Below are positions 27,415 through 40,733 of a stretch of 64,000 bases of DNA, piece by piece (position 1 is the first letter of the stretch; each line of letters starts with the position of its first letter). A model generated the notes under the pieces. That model did no database searches, was not told where the DNA came from, and worked only from the letters and a program-made list of their open reading frames with translations. The stretch is taken from NCBI RefSeq assembly GCF_003918875.1, contig NW_025765780.1:2914001-2978000 (forward strand), read 5' to 3'. The translations under genes were made by a program, and so were the position numbers. The DNA comes from Haliotis rubra (Eukaryota).

Positions 27415-28305
27415 TATTCACTATGAAAATGTGTCAGAAAAAAATGTTGGGGTCTCAAAAATGGATCTCATGTATATTAAGGGGGTGGGACTTTAAATTT
27501 AAAATGAAACATAATTTGTACATGATTTAAAGGGGGTGGCATAAAATCATGCATGTAAATATTATAGCTTAATAAATTATCAGTCCCTTTAAATCATTCC
27601 TTCCACCGCACACATGTATTTCTTTATATAGTTTTCTGTCACTAAATTATTCTTTTAACCCTTCATCTATCATTCACTCCGTCATTAAACCTCTTCTACA
27701 TAATGTTCCTGGATTCCGATATGTTGCATCCTTTCAATACCCCTTCGTAATGAAGAAGACAAAACAATCTGCCTGACATCTTTACACGATACCTCCCCCT
27801 ACTGGACCCAGTCATGAGTCACTTTGGACATGAACCATTACTGTCAAGTAAGCCCTTGAAATGTGACCCCTATAACACAATAAGAACTCCAACCAAGAAA
27901 CACCACCGGTTCGTTAGCCCTAATTGGTTGGCCAGAACTTGTCATCCAAGCCTACACCACTGCAGCTATCAACTAGCTAATCATACGATGTGTTCTAACC
28001 AGTGCCTCAACTTCAGTCAGTGAGTGAGTGATTGAGTGAGTCAATTTTTTATGAGAGTGTCACATGCAGAATTCGAAAGAGTCCAATTGCATAAATCATG
28101 GATTATGCTTCACCGGGTCAAAATACCTGGTACTATAACGTGTGGCATGTTGCGGTAACTAATGAAATATTTAACTCTTTTTATGTATTTATTTAAAGAG
28201 AATTTTGATAAGGCTGTGTTATTTGTACAAGTTAACCTTTTGAAAAATAAAAATCATATTGATAATATCTAAACCCTCTTTGCTACAATTCTGTATATTT
28301 ATCTG

Positions 28306-28374
28306 GATGATGATGATGATGATGACAACAATGACAACAACGACGATGATGATGACGATGATAATGATGATGAC
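28306..28374. repeat. (GAT/GAC)n microsatellite
   Basis: Direct. Confidence 0.9.
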
Positions 28375-29867
28375 TATTGAGTGGCAACGGACACAATATC
28401 ATCTTTCAAGTAGCGTTCCCACAGTACAATTCATCATTTTGGAAGAGTGAACATTTCAATTGTTCTTCAGTACAATATTTCAACAAAATGTTCCATACAG
28501 CCGTAATAGAACATATTCTGCACCCTTCGATATAAACACAGATTCCATATGCATATGGTAGACATGTGTTCAGTTATGCTGCACATGTGTGCATCCAAGT
28601 ATGCATCACATGACGCCCACATCCCTGCACAAATAACACAGCACATGTGTCCCCAAACCTGCCTGTGTTGCCATGGCAATGCCTGGATCAGTCACCCCTG
28701 CAATATATATTTCTGGTTTGACTACATGAGCTGAGACACAACTCGTTAATATGCTAATTTTGTGCAAGTGAAAAATCATTTGTCGCCTGCATAATACTTC
28801 TGTTTTTTATTGGGCATATTTGTAACAGACACCATAAAAAAACACACTGCTCGTTTTTTTATACAAAGACAAATACTGCCATATCAACTAATTCTAGTTT
28901 TGCATAAAAATTTGTATTGCCTGAATTATATTGTACTATTGGGAGGAACGCAGGATGGAATTTCTCAAGGGACAAGGCTTTTTAACTTAATGTCAGTTGT
29001 CCCACTGCAGAGAGAATAAAACAAATTTCACGCTTTGTTTTGAGACTCGGCAGTTCGACCGTCGTCACTATATACCACAAACATACATCACGGACACAAT
29101 GACGAGGACATCCCAGGCACAATGAAGAGGAAGATAAGACCAGTTGTGGTGTCAAAGATAAACGCTCATGCTCTAAAATTATCTCATTCTGAAACAAATT
29201 CATTTGATTTGAAAAGGAGCCCTGTGAGATGGGAGGCTCAGATTCCTGAGCCTGAGGAAATCTAGACTTGCTTCATTTAGAGCATTTGCAAATACAGAAA
29301 GGGCAGGGTGAAAGGACAAAATGATGCGGTTCGGTGACCGTGAGACAGTTTTGTGATGCGAGTACACAACCTGAACAGAAAGACTAAGGGAGGTAATTAC
29401 ACATATTGAACCTGATATTGCACTATTGAAGCCCGATTCTAACAAGCGTTCTCTGAAATATCGATCGATATATTATCCTCATAAATCGCCACCCTATGCT
29501 AATAACTTACATGACACTGTATTTTCGTGTGTATATTACAGATTACAGAAAAATTAACAGTAAGGAAGGACTATATAATTGCCTCGTACCTGCCCTTAAA
29601 AGCTTTTAATTCCAATGACATTTTACCAACTGCCAAATCTCTGACAAACCATTTAACTCGTAGGGTAATGTATTAATGAGCAGCCCCTCGTAAAGTTTGT
29701 CAACCATCGTTGGAGCTTATATTAGCATGTAGAGTATAGTACTAGTTACCTATTGCCCAATACTTTCACAACTAGTTTTCAGAAGGAGAGAATATTTTCC
29801 TTAAGTCAACTTTTGGTTCTGAAGCATTTAATTGCATAATTCAGATGAATATTTGTGTATATATGTC

Positions 29868-30030
29868 TGAGTGAGTTTAGTTTTATGCCGCTTTTAGCAA
29901 TATTCCAGCAATATCATGGTAGGGGGACACCAGAAATGGGCTTCACATATTGTACCCATGTGGGGAATCAAACCCAGGTCTTCAGTGTGACGAGCGAACG
30001 CTTTAACTACTAGGCTACCCCACCACCCCC
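29868..30030 (-). mobile_element. SINE family A, full length, 8 bp TSD
   Basis: TSD TATATGTC at 29860-29867 and 30031-30038. Confidence 0.92.
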
Positions 30031-30245
30031 TATATGTCCAAATCAGGTAAACTGGAAATACCATAGCAGGCTCCAGATTCATGTATACCAGAACATAAAA
30101 TATATTGTCTTATTTTTGTAGCTAAAGGAGAAATAATGTTTATTATTGAAGCAGATTGTTTAATCATCTCATTCCCATCAATTTGTAAACAGTGTATGTT
30201 TTTTCTTGTATAAAACAAAAACAACAAACATTTTCCATAAAGATA

Positions 30246-30411
30246 GTGAGTGAGTGAGTATGGTTTTACACCGCTTTTAGCAATATGCCAGCAATATCAA
30301 TGGGGAGGGACACCAGAAATGGGCTTTCCCATTGTACCCATGCGGGGAATTGAACCTGATTCTTCGGCATGCCGAGCGAACGCTTTAACCACTAGGCTAC
30401 CCCACTGCCCC
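30246..30411 (-). mobile_element. SINE family A, full length, 12 bp TSD
   Basis: TSD TCCATAAAGATA at 30234-30245 and 30412-30423. Confidence 0.93.
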
Positions 30412-30927
30412 TCCATAAAGATAAAAAATCCCCAGTATGATTCTGACTTTATTACAAATATGTATTATGAATCACTAATCTAATGATACCAGGTGTTCCC
30501 GAAAAAGGGACAACGAAATCTCCCACTGTTGGCACATCACAAACACATGCAAAGACAGGTCAATTTTTCACACTTTACACATTTCATGCACCTTTCTGTA
30601 CTTTCTGGAACTTTCCAGTTCCAGCTGAACTGATTTAAATGCAACTTATCTTACCATGCAGCCACGCATATCCCCAACGGACAAAGGGACATAATTTTAC
30701 GGGCATGCTCCCTCTACCTTTTATTCTCGCTTATCCCGTCCCTGTGCTTGCCAAGATCTGACAGTCACTATGAGGTAACAGTCATGGTTACAGTTAATAG
30801 CTCTTGTCTTATCTAACCAGCAACAGGTGACAGGTTTTCATACAGAGCCCAGAGAAAAAGTTTTTATTTAGAAATGGCACCACCTTTGCACAATCTGAGA
30901 TAACCTATGCTGCTTACGACAAAAGTA

Positions 30928-30985
30928 CATATACTGACACGATTTGATCATGAAAAGACATATACTGACACGATTTGATCATGAT
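30928..30985. repeat. 31 bp-period duplication
   Basis: catatactgacacgatttgatcatga occurs twice. Confidence 0.85.
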
Positions 30986-31140
30986 AATGCATATATTTTG
31001 TCTTGATCTAAATTATGTACCAAATGAAGTAAACCTTTTTGTCCAATACAAAATCATAAAGAGTTGTCAAAGTGCTGTTCCTGCAGTAAAATAGCTCTCT
31101 TATTCACCAGTGTAATTATTCCTTTGGAATAAATTGTATT

Positions 31141-31288
31141 AGTGAGTGAGTAAGGTTTTACTCCACTTATAGCAATATTCCAGGATTAACACAGCAGGGA
31201 ACACCAGAAATGGGTCACACATCACCCCGATGTGGGAATTAGAACCCAAGTTTGGCATAATGAGCAAACACTTTAACCAGACAGCCCC
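31141..31288 (-). mobile_element. Diverged SINE family A copy
   Basis: gcaatattccagg...acaccagaaatggg...atgtgggaattagaaccc...ctttaacc. Confidence 0.72.
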
Positions 31289-31291
31289 AGT

Positions 31292-31550
31292 ATTTATATT
31301 ATTTCCAAGATATATATTATTATTTCCAAGATATATATTATTATTTCCAAGATATATTTCCAAGATATATTATTATTTCCAAGATATGTATTATTTCCAA
31401 GATATGTATTATTATTTTTCCAAGATATATATTATTATTTCCAAAATATATATTATTATTTCCAAGATATATTTCCAAGATATATATTATTATTTCCAAG
31501 ATATATTTTATTATTTCCAAGACATACTTTATTATTTCCAAGATATATTT
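31292..31550. repeat. ~21 bp AT-rich minisatellite (TATTTCCAAGATATATATTAT)
   Basis: tttccaagata is repeated about 13 times. Confidence 0.92.
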
Positions 31551-32595
31551 ACACTAATTTGTTCCAGAACCTGCTTTTTACAAACATACAGATTTAACAA
31601 ACAGGTTTTTGTCCCATCCACTTTGTGTCACCATTGTGTTTGTCAAAATGTGTAAAAGGAACAAAGATTTTAACAAAATAAATCATTGTCCCTTTAGCTT
31701 CTCATAACCACAGTTTACAGCACACATCTGTTTGTTTTTTTGCATCTACCAAGAAGGCAAGTTGTGTCATATACCAAATCAAGGTTGCCAAAAATTGGAT
31801 CAGTTTTTCATTTCACTAGTCCAACAATCTGAGTAGGATACAATAGGCTCTCTTCCTCACATAGCTATACTTCTGACAAAGATTGTCAGTTATACTTGCA
31901 CTACTCACCCACAATTGCATACCTGTACAATTCACTGCAAGAAGAAAGGGACAACAGTGATCGATATATTTTATTTGTATCTGGGTTTATTTATAACGTT
32001 CATATTTCTATAGACTAGTGCATGCTCAGTACAGTACAAAACCCATGGGTCAGTTAATACTGTAAAGCGGACTTGAAGCAGTGAAATCATAGTGTGTCTC
32101 CCAGTCCATATACCATATCATTTTCCACTCCTACCAGCTCTTACTGTAGTGCAAAAGCACTAAATGAAGCAAGTCTAGACTTTAGGTCCTAAGTCTCCCA
32201 CCTCACAGGGCTCCTTTTAAATCTAAATGTTAATATCAATGTTATATATTTAAATGAATAACACCCTATTAATATTCATAATGTTAAATGTCTAATTCTC
32301 AATAACACCTGTGAATTTGAAAATACATTATTTTAATTACTCAGAATTTTAAAACTTATTTTCCACAGCAACTCCTTAAGACAGAGATGACAATTTTCAA
32401 GGATACTTTGATATCATGATACAATTCAAGATGATACACGTTCATGAAACCTGAGCCTCTAAGCTTATATAAGTTTCCATGACAACAGACTCTCCACCCC
32501 ACTCCGTCTATCCAAAATAAGTAATGTTTTCATGAGGTCATTAATCAACTCAAGTTTTAATGAATATCATCTTCATGTCGCTGTTTAATGTTACA

Positions 32596-32764
32596 GGGGC
32601 AGTGGGGTAGCCTAGTGGTTAAAGCGTTGGCTCGTCACGCCGAAGACCTGGGTTCGATTCCCCACATGGGTACAATGTGTGAAGCCCATTTCTGGTGTTC
32701 CCCGCCGTGATATTGCTGGAATATTGCTAAAAGCGGCGTAAAACCAAACTCAGTCAGTCAGTCA
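32596..32764 (+). mobile_element. SINE family A, near-consensus copy with a tRNA-Asp(GTC)-like head and 13 bp TSD
   Basis: A-box TAGCCTAGTGG at 32608-32618; B-box GGTTCGATTCC at 32651-32661; GTCACGC..AGACC.GGGTTCGATTCCCC as in tRNA-Asp; (CAGT)n tail; TSD GTTTAATGTTACA at 32583-32595 and 32765-32777. Confidence 0.95.
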
Positions 32765-33224
32765 GTTTAATGTTACAATTGTTACAAGCTCAGGACTAAA
32801 AACAAAATGACACCATTCAAAAATACAATTAACACACAGTCATCAGCGAGTACGGTTTCCACACAAATTAATCCAGCAACTGGATTGTGACACATACTCC
32901 CTTTATTTCACATTCCACATTTATGCAACACAGCCATCGTAATATTGAGATTCTCCAACCAGCTGCTGCATCCAAAGAGACAGTAAAATGGCAGGTTGCA
33001 TTTGATTACACTCAAGAGCCACGGCTTTGTCGCATGCCATATGACTGTATGTGATTATAGATAGCATACACATCAATAATCAGTTTTTAGGAACATATTT
33101 TGTCAAGTTTCCCCACTTTGCTGTGGCTCCTCATTAAGAGATGAAGCTTGTGGTATCCGGAAGAATACCTTCATCAGAATCTATGTTCCATCAGTGTATA
33201 TCATGGGATGTATACTTAATGGTG

Positions 33225-33726
33225 CTTTAAGCACATCAGAAACAGTAGAATGTTCTTGAGAAGGATTCTTCATCTGCAATTTAGCATAGGTGAAACAAGT
33301 TGCTTCCAAGAACCTGTCTCACCCTTAGCCTTAAGAGAGATAATTCATGTGCATATTAGCATAGGTGAAACAAAGCACCGCTTAGAACTTATCTCAAACT
33401 GTCTGTTTAAAGCACATTAAAAACAGTATGCTTGAGACAGAATATTGATGTGAATTTTAGCACATGTGAAACAAAGCACTTCTTAGAACTTATCTCAAAC
33501 TGTCCATTTAAGCACATTAGAAACAGTGTGCTTGAGAAAGAATAATAATGTGCATTTCAGCACATGTGAAACAAGGCTCCTCTAAGAACTTATCTCAAAC
33601 TGTCCATTTAAGCACATTAGAAACAGTGTGCTTGAGAAAGAATAATAATGTGCATTTCAGCACATGTGAAACAAAGCTCCTCTAAGAACTTATTTCACAG
33701 TTTTTCCTTTAAGCACATCAGAAACA
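33225..33726. repeat. 100 bp tandem repeat, about 5 copies
   Basis: cacatgtgaaacaa at 33461, 33561 and 33661, with more diverged copies upstream. Confidence 0.9.
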
Positions 33727-35239
33727 ACAAACCACCAATCACCTATGTCACAATGTCCATTTTTCACATCCAAAGACATATGACGTTGTAAGCACTTTAG
33801 CACTTTAGCACCTTTAAGAAGGACTAGTTTGTTCGTGCTTGTAATGGATGGGTGAGCTGCTCTATGACATTACTACACCTGTAACTTCAGGACTGTGGTC
33901 TGTACATGAATGATTAGCCCTGTAATTCTAGTGCAAATATGTTCCCCTTGTTTGAGCATAAAAATAAAAGCAGATCGCAAGAAAATCCCCAAACTTGATC
34001 CTATTTGTTTCTAAAAATAGTTCCCTGATACCCTGAGTACTGGGATGATTTTAAAAGACTGACTAGTAATTTCCAGAAAACATCCAGGTTTATAGGGTCA
34101 TTAACAAAAGCAAATTGAAAAAGGGAAACTGCTCCCCTGAAAAAAATGACAGGACCCAGATGGACTCAAGTGTGGAACATACACCACCGTGAAAGCCAGC
34201 GACAAAAGTCGGAGTTAAATTGCAAGATAAATCTGACCATTAAACAGTTTCTTCAATTTAACAAATGCGCCTCTCTGGCAACAAAGCATTCAAAGTTTTT
34301 TTTTAATTTTAAAATGTAATATTGATTTCCGAAAGTTAGAAGAATCAGCTCTGTTGCTAGGCAACTCGGGATATTCTATACCACATTCTCCTCTGTTTCA
34401 AACTGCAAACAAACACTGTAAATGCTTTTAACTTGAGTCAAAAACCTGAAGCCATAACCGCACACGAAACCTTTGTGTTTTATGGTAGGATCAAATTTAA
34501 GATTTTGTGTTTGAAATAAGTCTTCATATTTCATGTAAATGATGTGTCTGATATGTTTCTGACAGAAACTATCCACAAAGCGGGAAGATTGAGGTAGTGA
34601 GTGAGTTTCCAGGGTGGGGGGCTGAAGAGGGTGTATTCCTGGGTATACTGGGGTGTAGTAAGTTACCAAATATTTCTCTTCATAGTAAGACGAGATCCTG
34701 TTTGTGTCAAACCGTTTGGTAGTAATATGATTCATAGCCTGAGGCTGACAAAAAAATTAAAATCTAAGGAGAAACAGAGGAAAATCTGTACATCATTGGC
34801 AAATGTAATGTGAAAATAACATACACCTACCTGGTTTTGAAAGAGAACATGAGTCATTGTCGAAAAGCACAACAGAACAATCAACAGCCATCCTGTCAAC
34901 CATTTAATAGCACAGCAAAAAAACAAATTTCTGAGTTTCTTATGCAAGAAAGCAGTTCATATCTTTACAAATTGTTTTCTTCATAATAAGGATGTAATTA
35001 GGATACTACTCTGTTAAAGAGTTCCTTGGATGTCAAGTAGAATGGCTTTGTGACTATGTTAATGATCAAGTGCATATCACATTACATTTAACACTGTGTA
35101 GTATCAGTAGGTGGTTGGTGCTGGAAGATGGCCGGGATCAAACGAAGCAGGAGATGATGAAGGGGGGGTACAGAGGTGGAAGATGATGTAGGGAGGGAGA
35201 GGAGAGGAAGGTGGAGCAGAAGGAGGGTGACAAGGAGCA

Positions 35240-36616
35240 GGACATGACGGTGTAACAGACAGTGTTGATGAGAAGAGGACATGACGGTGTAACAGACAGT
35301 GTTGATGAGAAGGGGACATGACGGTGTAACAGACAGTGTTGATGAGAAGAGGGGACATGACGGTGTAACAGACAGTGTTGATGAGAAGGGACATTGACAT
35401 GAGGGGACATGATGCGATGCAACAGACAGTGTTGATGAGAAGGGACATGATGGTGCTTAACAGAAGTGTTGATGAGAAGGGGAGTGTGAAAGGGGACATG
35501 ACGTGACGGTGTAGTGTTGATGAGAAGGGGACATGGCGGTGTAACAGAGTGTTGATGAGAAGGGACATGTGATGAAGGGGACATGAAAGATAGACATGAG
35601 CGGTGTAACAGAAAGGGACATGTAACAGACAGTGTTGAACAACAGACGAGTGTTGATGAGAAAGGGACATGACGGTGTAACAGATAGTGTTGATGAGAAG
35701 GGGACATGGCGGTGTAACAGACAGTGTGATTGATGAGAAGGGACATGGACGGTGTAACAGACAGTGTTGATGAAGGGGACAGGCGGTAAACGACTGTGTA
35801 ATGACAGTGTAACAGACAGACAGTGTTGATGAGAAGGGACATGACGCGGTGTAACAGACAGTGTTGATGAGAAGGGGACATGACGGTGTAACAGACAGTG
35901 TTGATGAGAAGAAAGGGACATGGCATGGTGTAACAGACAGACAAGGGGTGTAGTGTTGATGAGAAGGGGACATGACGGTGTAACAGACAGTGTTGATGAG
36001 AAGGGGACATGACGGTGTAACAGACAGTGTTGATGAGAAGGGGACATGACGGTGTAACAGACAGTGTTGATGAGAAGAAGGGACATGACGGTGTAACAGA
36101 CAGTGTTGATGAGAAGGGGACATGACAGTGTTGATGAGAAGGGGACATGACGGTGTAACAGACAGTGTTGATGAGAAGGGACATGATGGTGTAACAGACA
36201 GTGTTGATGAGAAGGGGACATGACGGTGTAACAGACAGTGTTGATGAGAAGGGGACATGACGGTGTAACAGACAGTGTTGATGAGAAGGGGACATGATGA
36301 TGCGGTGTAACAGACATGTGTTGATGAGAAGGGGACATGACGGTGTAACAGACAGTGTTGATGAGAAGGGGACATGACGGTGTAACAGACAGTGTTGATG
36401 AGAAGGCGACATGACGGTGTAACAGACAGTGTTGATGAGAAGGGGACATGATGGTGTAACAGACAGTGTTGATGAGAAGGGCGACATGACGGTGTAACAG
36501 ACAGTGTTGATGAGAAGGGGACATGACAGTGTAACAGACAGTGTTGATGAGAAGGGGACATGACAGTGTAACAGACAGTGTTGATGTGAAAGGCGACATG
36601 ACGGTGTAACAGACAG
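35240..36616. repeat. 37 bp minisatellite (GACATGACGGTGTAACAGACAGTGTTGATGAGAAGGG), about 37 copies
   Basis: Period 37 (35971 to 36008); source of the 394-493 aa minus-strand ORFs. Confidence 0.97.
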
Positions 36617-36707
36617 CAATGAGAGGACTCTCCAGATGCACTATTGCACCTCAGAATACAAGGCCTCTGTAATCGTAAAGAGGTTTAGGACAACAATACA
36701 TGCAGTT

Positions 36708-36798
36708 AATTGTGGAATCAACTGTTCACATTGGGAATTAAACACAGGATTCCTGATGAACAGTTGGACACTTCACCACTTGGCTACTGCTCTGGCCC
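36708..36798 (-). mobile_element. Very degenerate SINE family A head
   Basis: cacattgggaattaaacacagg...cacttcaccacttggctac. Confidence 0.35.
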
Positions 36799-37448
36799 TT
36801 CTCAAATAATTACTAATACATATTTTCACAGTGCTATTAGATCACGTCAACGCTTCACTTTATGCCATTAACTGTGGTAGGAATGTTATCCAAACAGAAT
36901 GAAAATTGTGCAAAGTCATCACAAATGTTGCCTGCACTATATCTGTGAAATGAGGCAACTTTTTTTACCACAATAATACTGAAATGCCCTAGACACAGAA
37001 ACAGGACGCTGAAAAGTTGTAATTTAACTTAACGTAAAGCTAAGCATTTAATATATCATAGTAGAATTGCTCGTTGGCAAGGTTGTAAGGCTTAACAATT
37101 TATCTGACATAAGAGGGATTGAGGTTAAATACACAATTTAGGAATTAGGCACAAGTGCTAAGTAGAGATAAAAAGATGCAATTACGAGTTGTAAATATTG
37201 TAAACATATTCATGGCATGTTTATATTTTGTCTGGATGATGAAACAGTCATGTCTCCACACAAAAAATCATTTGTCTTGGTCTGAACTTGTGAGAATTAT
37301 ATGCGGGGAAGAATTACCTGGGTCAGATCTTTACGTTATTACACTATATTTGATAACTTTAAAAATTGGAAGAAAAAGAGGAATTATTTATAATAATTGT
37401 TTAAGTGCAGTTGACTTTACAAGTTACAACTGCTTCACACATCATAGG

Positions 37449-37595
37449 GAGTGAGTGAGTTTTTATGCTGCTTTGAGCAATATTCCGGCAATATCACGAC
37501 AGGGGACACCAGAAATGGGCTTCACACTTTGTACCCATGTGGGGAATCGAACCCAGGTCTTCCGCGTAATGGGCGAACACTTTAACCACTAGGCT
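37449..37595 (-). mobile_element. SINE family A (5' end slightly truncated)
   Basis: High similarity to the 32596-32764 copy. Confidence 0.87.
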
Positions 37596-38840
37596 TTTCA
37601 TTGATCAACCATAGGCATTCATTGACCAGCTATAGATTTTCATTAACCATGAAGAAATAATTCTCAAATACATGATTGTAACTGTATAAATAGCTTGAAA
37701 ACCTCCAGGGCCCATCTCTTGAAGAACTCTTTAAGTAATCATAAGGTAGCCTATGGTCCATATTACTAAGTTGGACAAGCTAATCAAACAGCTTGCTGTG
37801 CAGACATTCACAAGCAGGTGAATGCATGTATGTGTAGTAAACTGATATAATTGTATCAAAGTCACTACTGCATTTCTACTTTATAATTGTGTGTTTGTGT
37901 GGTACATAAGTGTCACAATATTTACAGGTATGAATTGTAATTTTGTTATAAATATCAAACATATTCTTATTTGCAGCTAATGGTTCTCACAGTAATCGTT
38001 TCTTCAACAAATGTCATACTGTTATATTTACTGTAGTTTGTGGAAATTATACAACTAATTCCACAGGTATGTTCACAGGTAATTCAGGTCTCATGTGTGT
38101 ATAAATAAAAGATTTCCCTATTGTTTCTGTACAAGACATTGTTTCAGGTGCCTTTAAGATGACATAGCAAATATTTATTTAGATTATTATTCATGATCAA
38201 AATGATTTTAATTGGTAAGCATAGACAACATGCATTATTGACTTTGTTCGCTTCCCCTTTTCAATTTCTTGGTGAATTCAATTATGAAATACAACTAATT
38301 TAAGGCCTATTAATATATTCATCTAGAAAGATACATATTCATACATGCAAGTTCAAGACAGTGCATCTATTCAGTCAATGACCAGGCTTGCAAAATTGTC
38401 ATTTTTTTCTCTCAGGTGAAGCACCAATATCTCATAGAAATGTCTGCATATATGAGCATAAATTGTCCACGATTTGGGATACCTTTTGTTGAGATACATC
38501 ATGAATTACTGTACAACCTGTATACAACATGCATATCAGTAGCAAAGAAGGACATGATAATCCTTTTTCTACACGGGCAGAAACAGCTGCAATTTTCAAA
38601 CCACCACCCCACAGAAGAAAAACAACATGAAAAATAAAATAAAAACTTGGGACAGTTGTACACATTTCCATCTTTAAATAAAACAGAGGGCCCTAGAAAT
38701 GCAACCTTGGCTTACGCTTGTGTGCTCCTTGGAGAATCTTGGGGGTAGTCCTAAGTATATAGGCTGATTTGGCACAATATTCGCTGTAACTCTGTCCCTT
38801 AAATACACAGGCAAAAGGTGGTAGAGATTATTTTGAGGAA

Positions 38841-38981
38841 AGGTCGGGTAGCCTTGTTGTCAAAGCATTGCCTTGTCATGCTGAAATTCTGTGTTCAGAA
38901 CTTATATACAATGTGTCTATTGCCATGGCTACAATTTTGAAAACAGGTTCTCACTCACTCACTCACTCACTCACTCACTCA
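38841..38981 (+). mobile_element. Degenerate SINE family A copy with (TCAC)n tail
   Basis: gggtagccttgttgtcaaagcattgccttgtcatgctgaa...tacaatgtgt...ctcactcactc. Confidence 0.45.
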
Positions 38982-39572
38982 TACAATATTCGGCAACATG
39001 TTTTATATTTGTTCTGATGTACAGATCTTTTCCAATGTAGGTAAATTGGCAATCGTGAGAAAATGTAAATCTCTTCCAATATATTTTTCAAATAAAGTTG
39101 TGTTTTCAGTCATTTAAGTAAGCCCCAAATCATCACTACTGTAGTCATTTTTAAGAGCAGTTTTAACATTATGCATGCTTGTTCCTTTGATTGGATTTCA
39201 CAGTGGTCAAAATGTATGAAACATGTTGTACTGAGGCAAATCAAAACACGTGCAAATATTTCATGTTATTTCTGATAATGATCATAACCTTGACTGCAAA
39301 GCTTATGAATGCCCCCAAATATTTCACATGATCAAGAGGAATAGATTTTCACAATTCACAGATACAACCATGCTTGCTTTTCAAATCACAAATCCCATGA
39401 GAAAGGGTCAAGGAGGTATAAATTGGGGATGGACTCCACTTCAGTATGAGACACATTTGTTTCACTTGTAGTTGAAAATACAATATCAAGGTGCTGATTT
39501 AGGAAACATCTGCGTAGACATAACACAGAAGATAACAAAATTGTTGAAGCACCTCAGTGAGGAGGTTTTCCA

Positions 39573-39726
39573 GAGTGAGAGAGTGAGTGAGTTTAGTCAG
39601 CAATATATTCCAGCAATATATTGGTGGGCAACACCAGAAATGGGCTTCACACATTGTACCCATGTCGGGAATTGAACCCAGATCTTCAGTGTGAAGAGCA
39701 AACGCTTTAACCACTAGGCTACCCCA
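39573..39726 (-). mobile_element. SINE family A
   Basis: High similarity to the intact copies. Confidence 0.87.
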
Positions 39727-39769
39727 TATGTCTAGAGTAGATAAACAAAGTACTTCTCATAAAGAATAA

Positions 39770-39920
39770 GAGGCAAAGGTGTAGCCTTGTTGTTGAAGTA
39801 TTTGCTTGTGACACCAAAGGTTGAAGTTGAATTCCATGAGGGTAAATTGTAAAGTCCATATCTGTGTCCCATGCTGATATTCTTATACTGTTAAAAGCAG
39901 CATAAAATAATACTCACTCA
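39770..39920 (+). mobile_element. Degenerate SINE family A copy, head-to-head with the 39573-39726 copy
   Basis: tgtagccttgttgttgaag...gttgaattcc...aaaagcagcataaaataatactcactca. Confidence 0.55.
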
Positions 39921-40733
39921 TACTTTTAAAGCATACAGAGTTCTTGATTTTTATAAAAGAATTCAGTTATCATCCCAGGACTGGACACGAGGTCTAGCTG
40001 AAATTTGGATTCAATGTAGAAACATAGTCACTTCCTCCATCAATGTTAATCAAGAGTAGAAACTTGAATAATTATTTCAAATAATTTCATCTGATTTCTA
40101 TCAAGACAGGAAGTCACTGAGAACTATCACTGAATTGATCAGAAAGTTCATGTAAGTTATATGATAATTAGTTGATAATAAATCTGCAATATATGTCCTT
40201 ATTTTATTTTGACAAAGCTGGGCTACAAGTTGAAACAGGTACTTAACTATACATACTTTTCATGATGAGTTATATTTGTTTTAATGGGTGAATTGAAGAA
40301 CAAATTAAATCCTGATTGAGTGAGTAGATTCTGCATTTAATTTCTTCAGTGTGCATTAATATAATAAAAACAACTTTTCCAGTCTAAAAACTAATAGACT
40401 TGCATTTTGTTGTTGTTGTTTTTTCTGAAACATAAGATCTATATTAAAATTGAATTTGTACTTTGTTACATATTTCAGATACCTGGTTTCCATTTAGTTG
40501 TCCAAGTGAATAATTTCCTGAAGTAATGTTACATTGCATTATTGTGCAAATATGTATTATTTCATCAAATATTGTGTTTTCAATATATATTTTGAGGTGT
40601 AACTTTCTCATAAAAGTGCACAGATGGTATACATAATTAATAGCATTGACATATCCCTGACATATAAGACCACTTCAAATTAACTCGGGCCTGGTATTGC
40701 TCAGCATGACAAACTTCAAACAAAACAGCATGC

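Larger units (their letters stand above)
29201..32229. mobile_element. ~3 kb segment bounded by diverged ~140 bp inverted repeats (candidate non-autonomous DNA transposon)
   Basis: 29201-29350 (aaaaggagccctgtgagatgggag...tctagacttgcttcatttag) is the reverse complement of ~32095-32229 (ctaaatgaagcaagtctaga...ctcccacctcacagggctcctttt). Confidence 0.55.

Noticed and set aside
29044-29264. 73-codon plus-strand open frame (DSAVRPSS...IPEPEEI)
   Set aside because: No recognisable homology, weak acceptor, and it runs into the inverted repeat
32596-32670. Genuine tRNA gene
   Set aside because: No acceptor stem or T-rich terminator; it continues into a SINE body and tail with a TSD, and occurs as many decayed copies
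35104-36641. Long minus-strand ORFs, and TTGATGAG as a hammerhead core
   Set aside because: 37 bp satellite with many frame-breaking indels; it lacks CUGANGA and GAAA in a ribozyme layout
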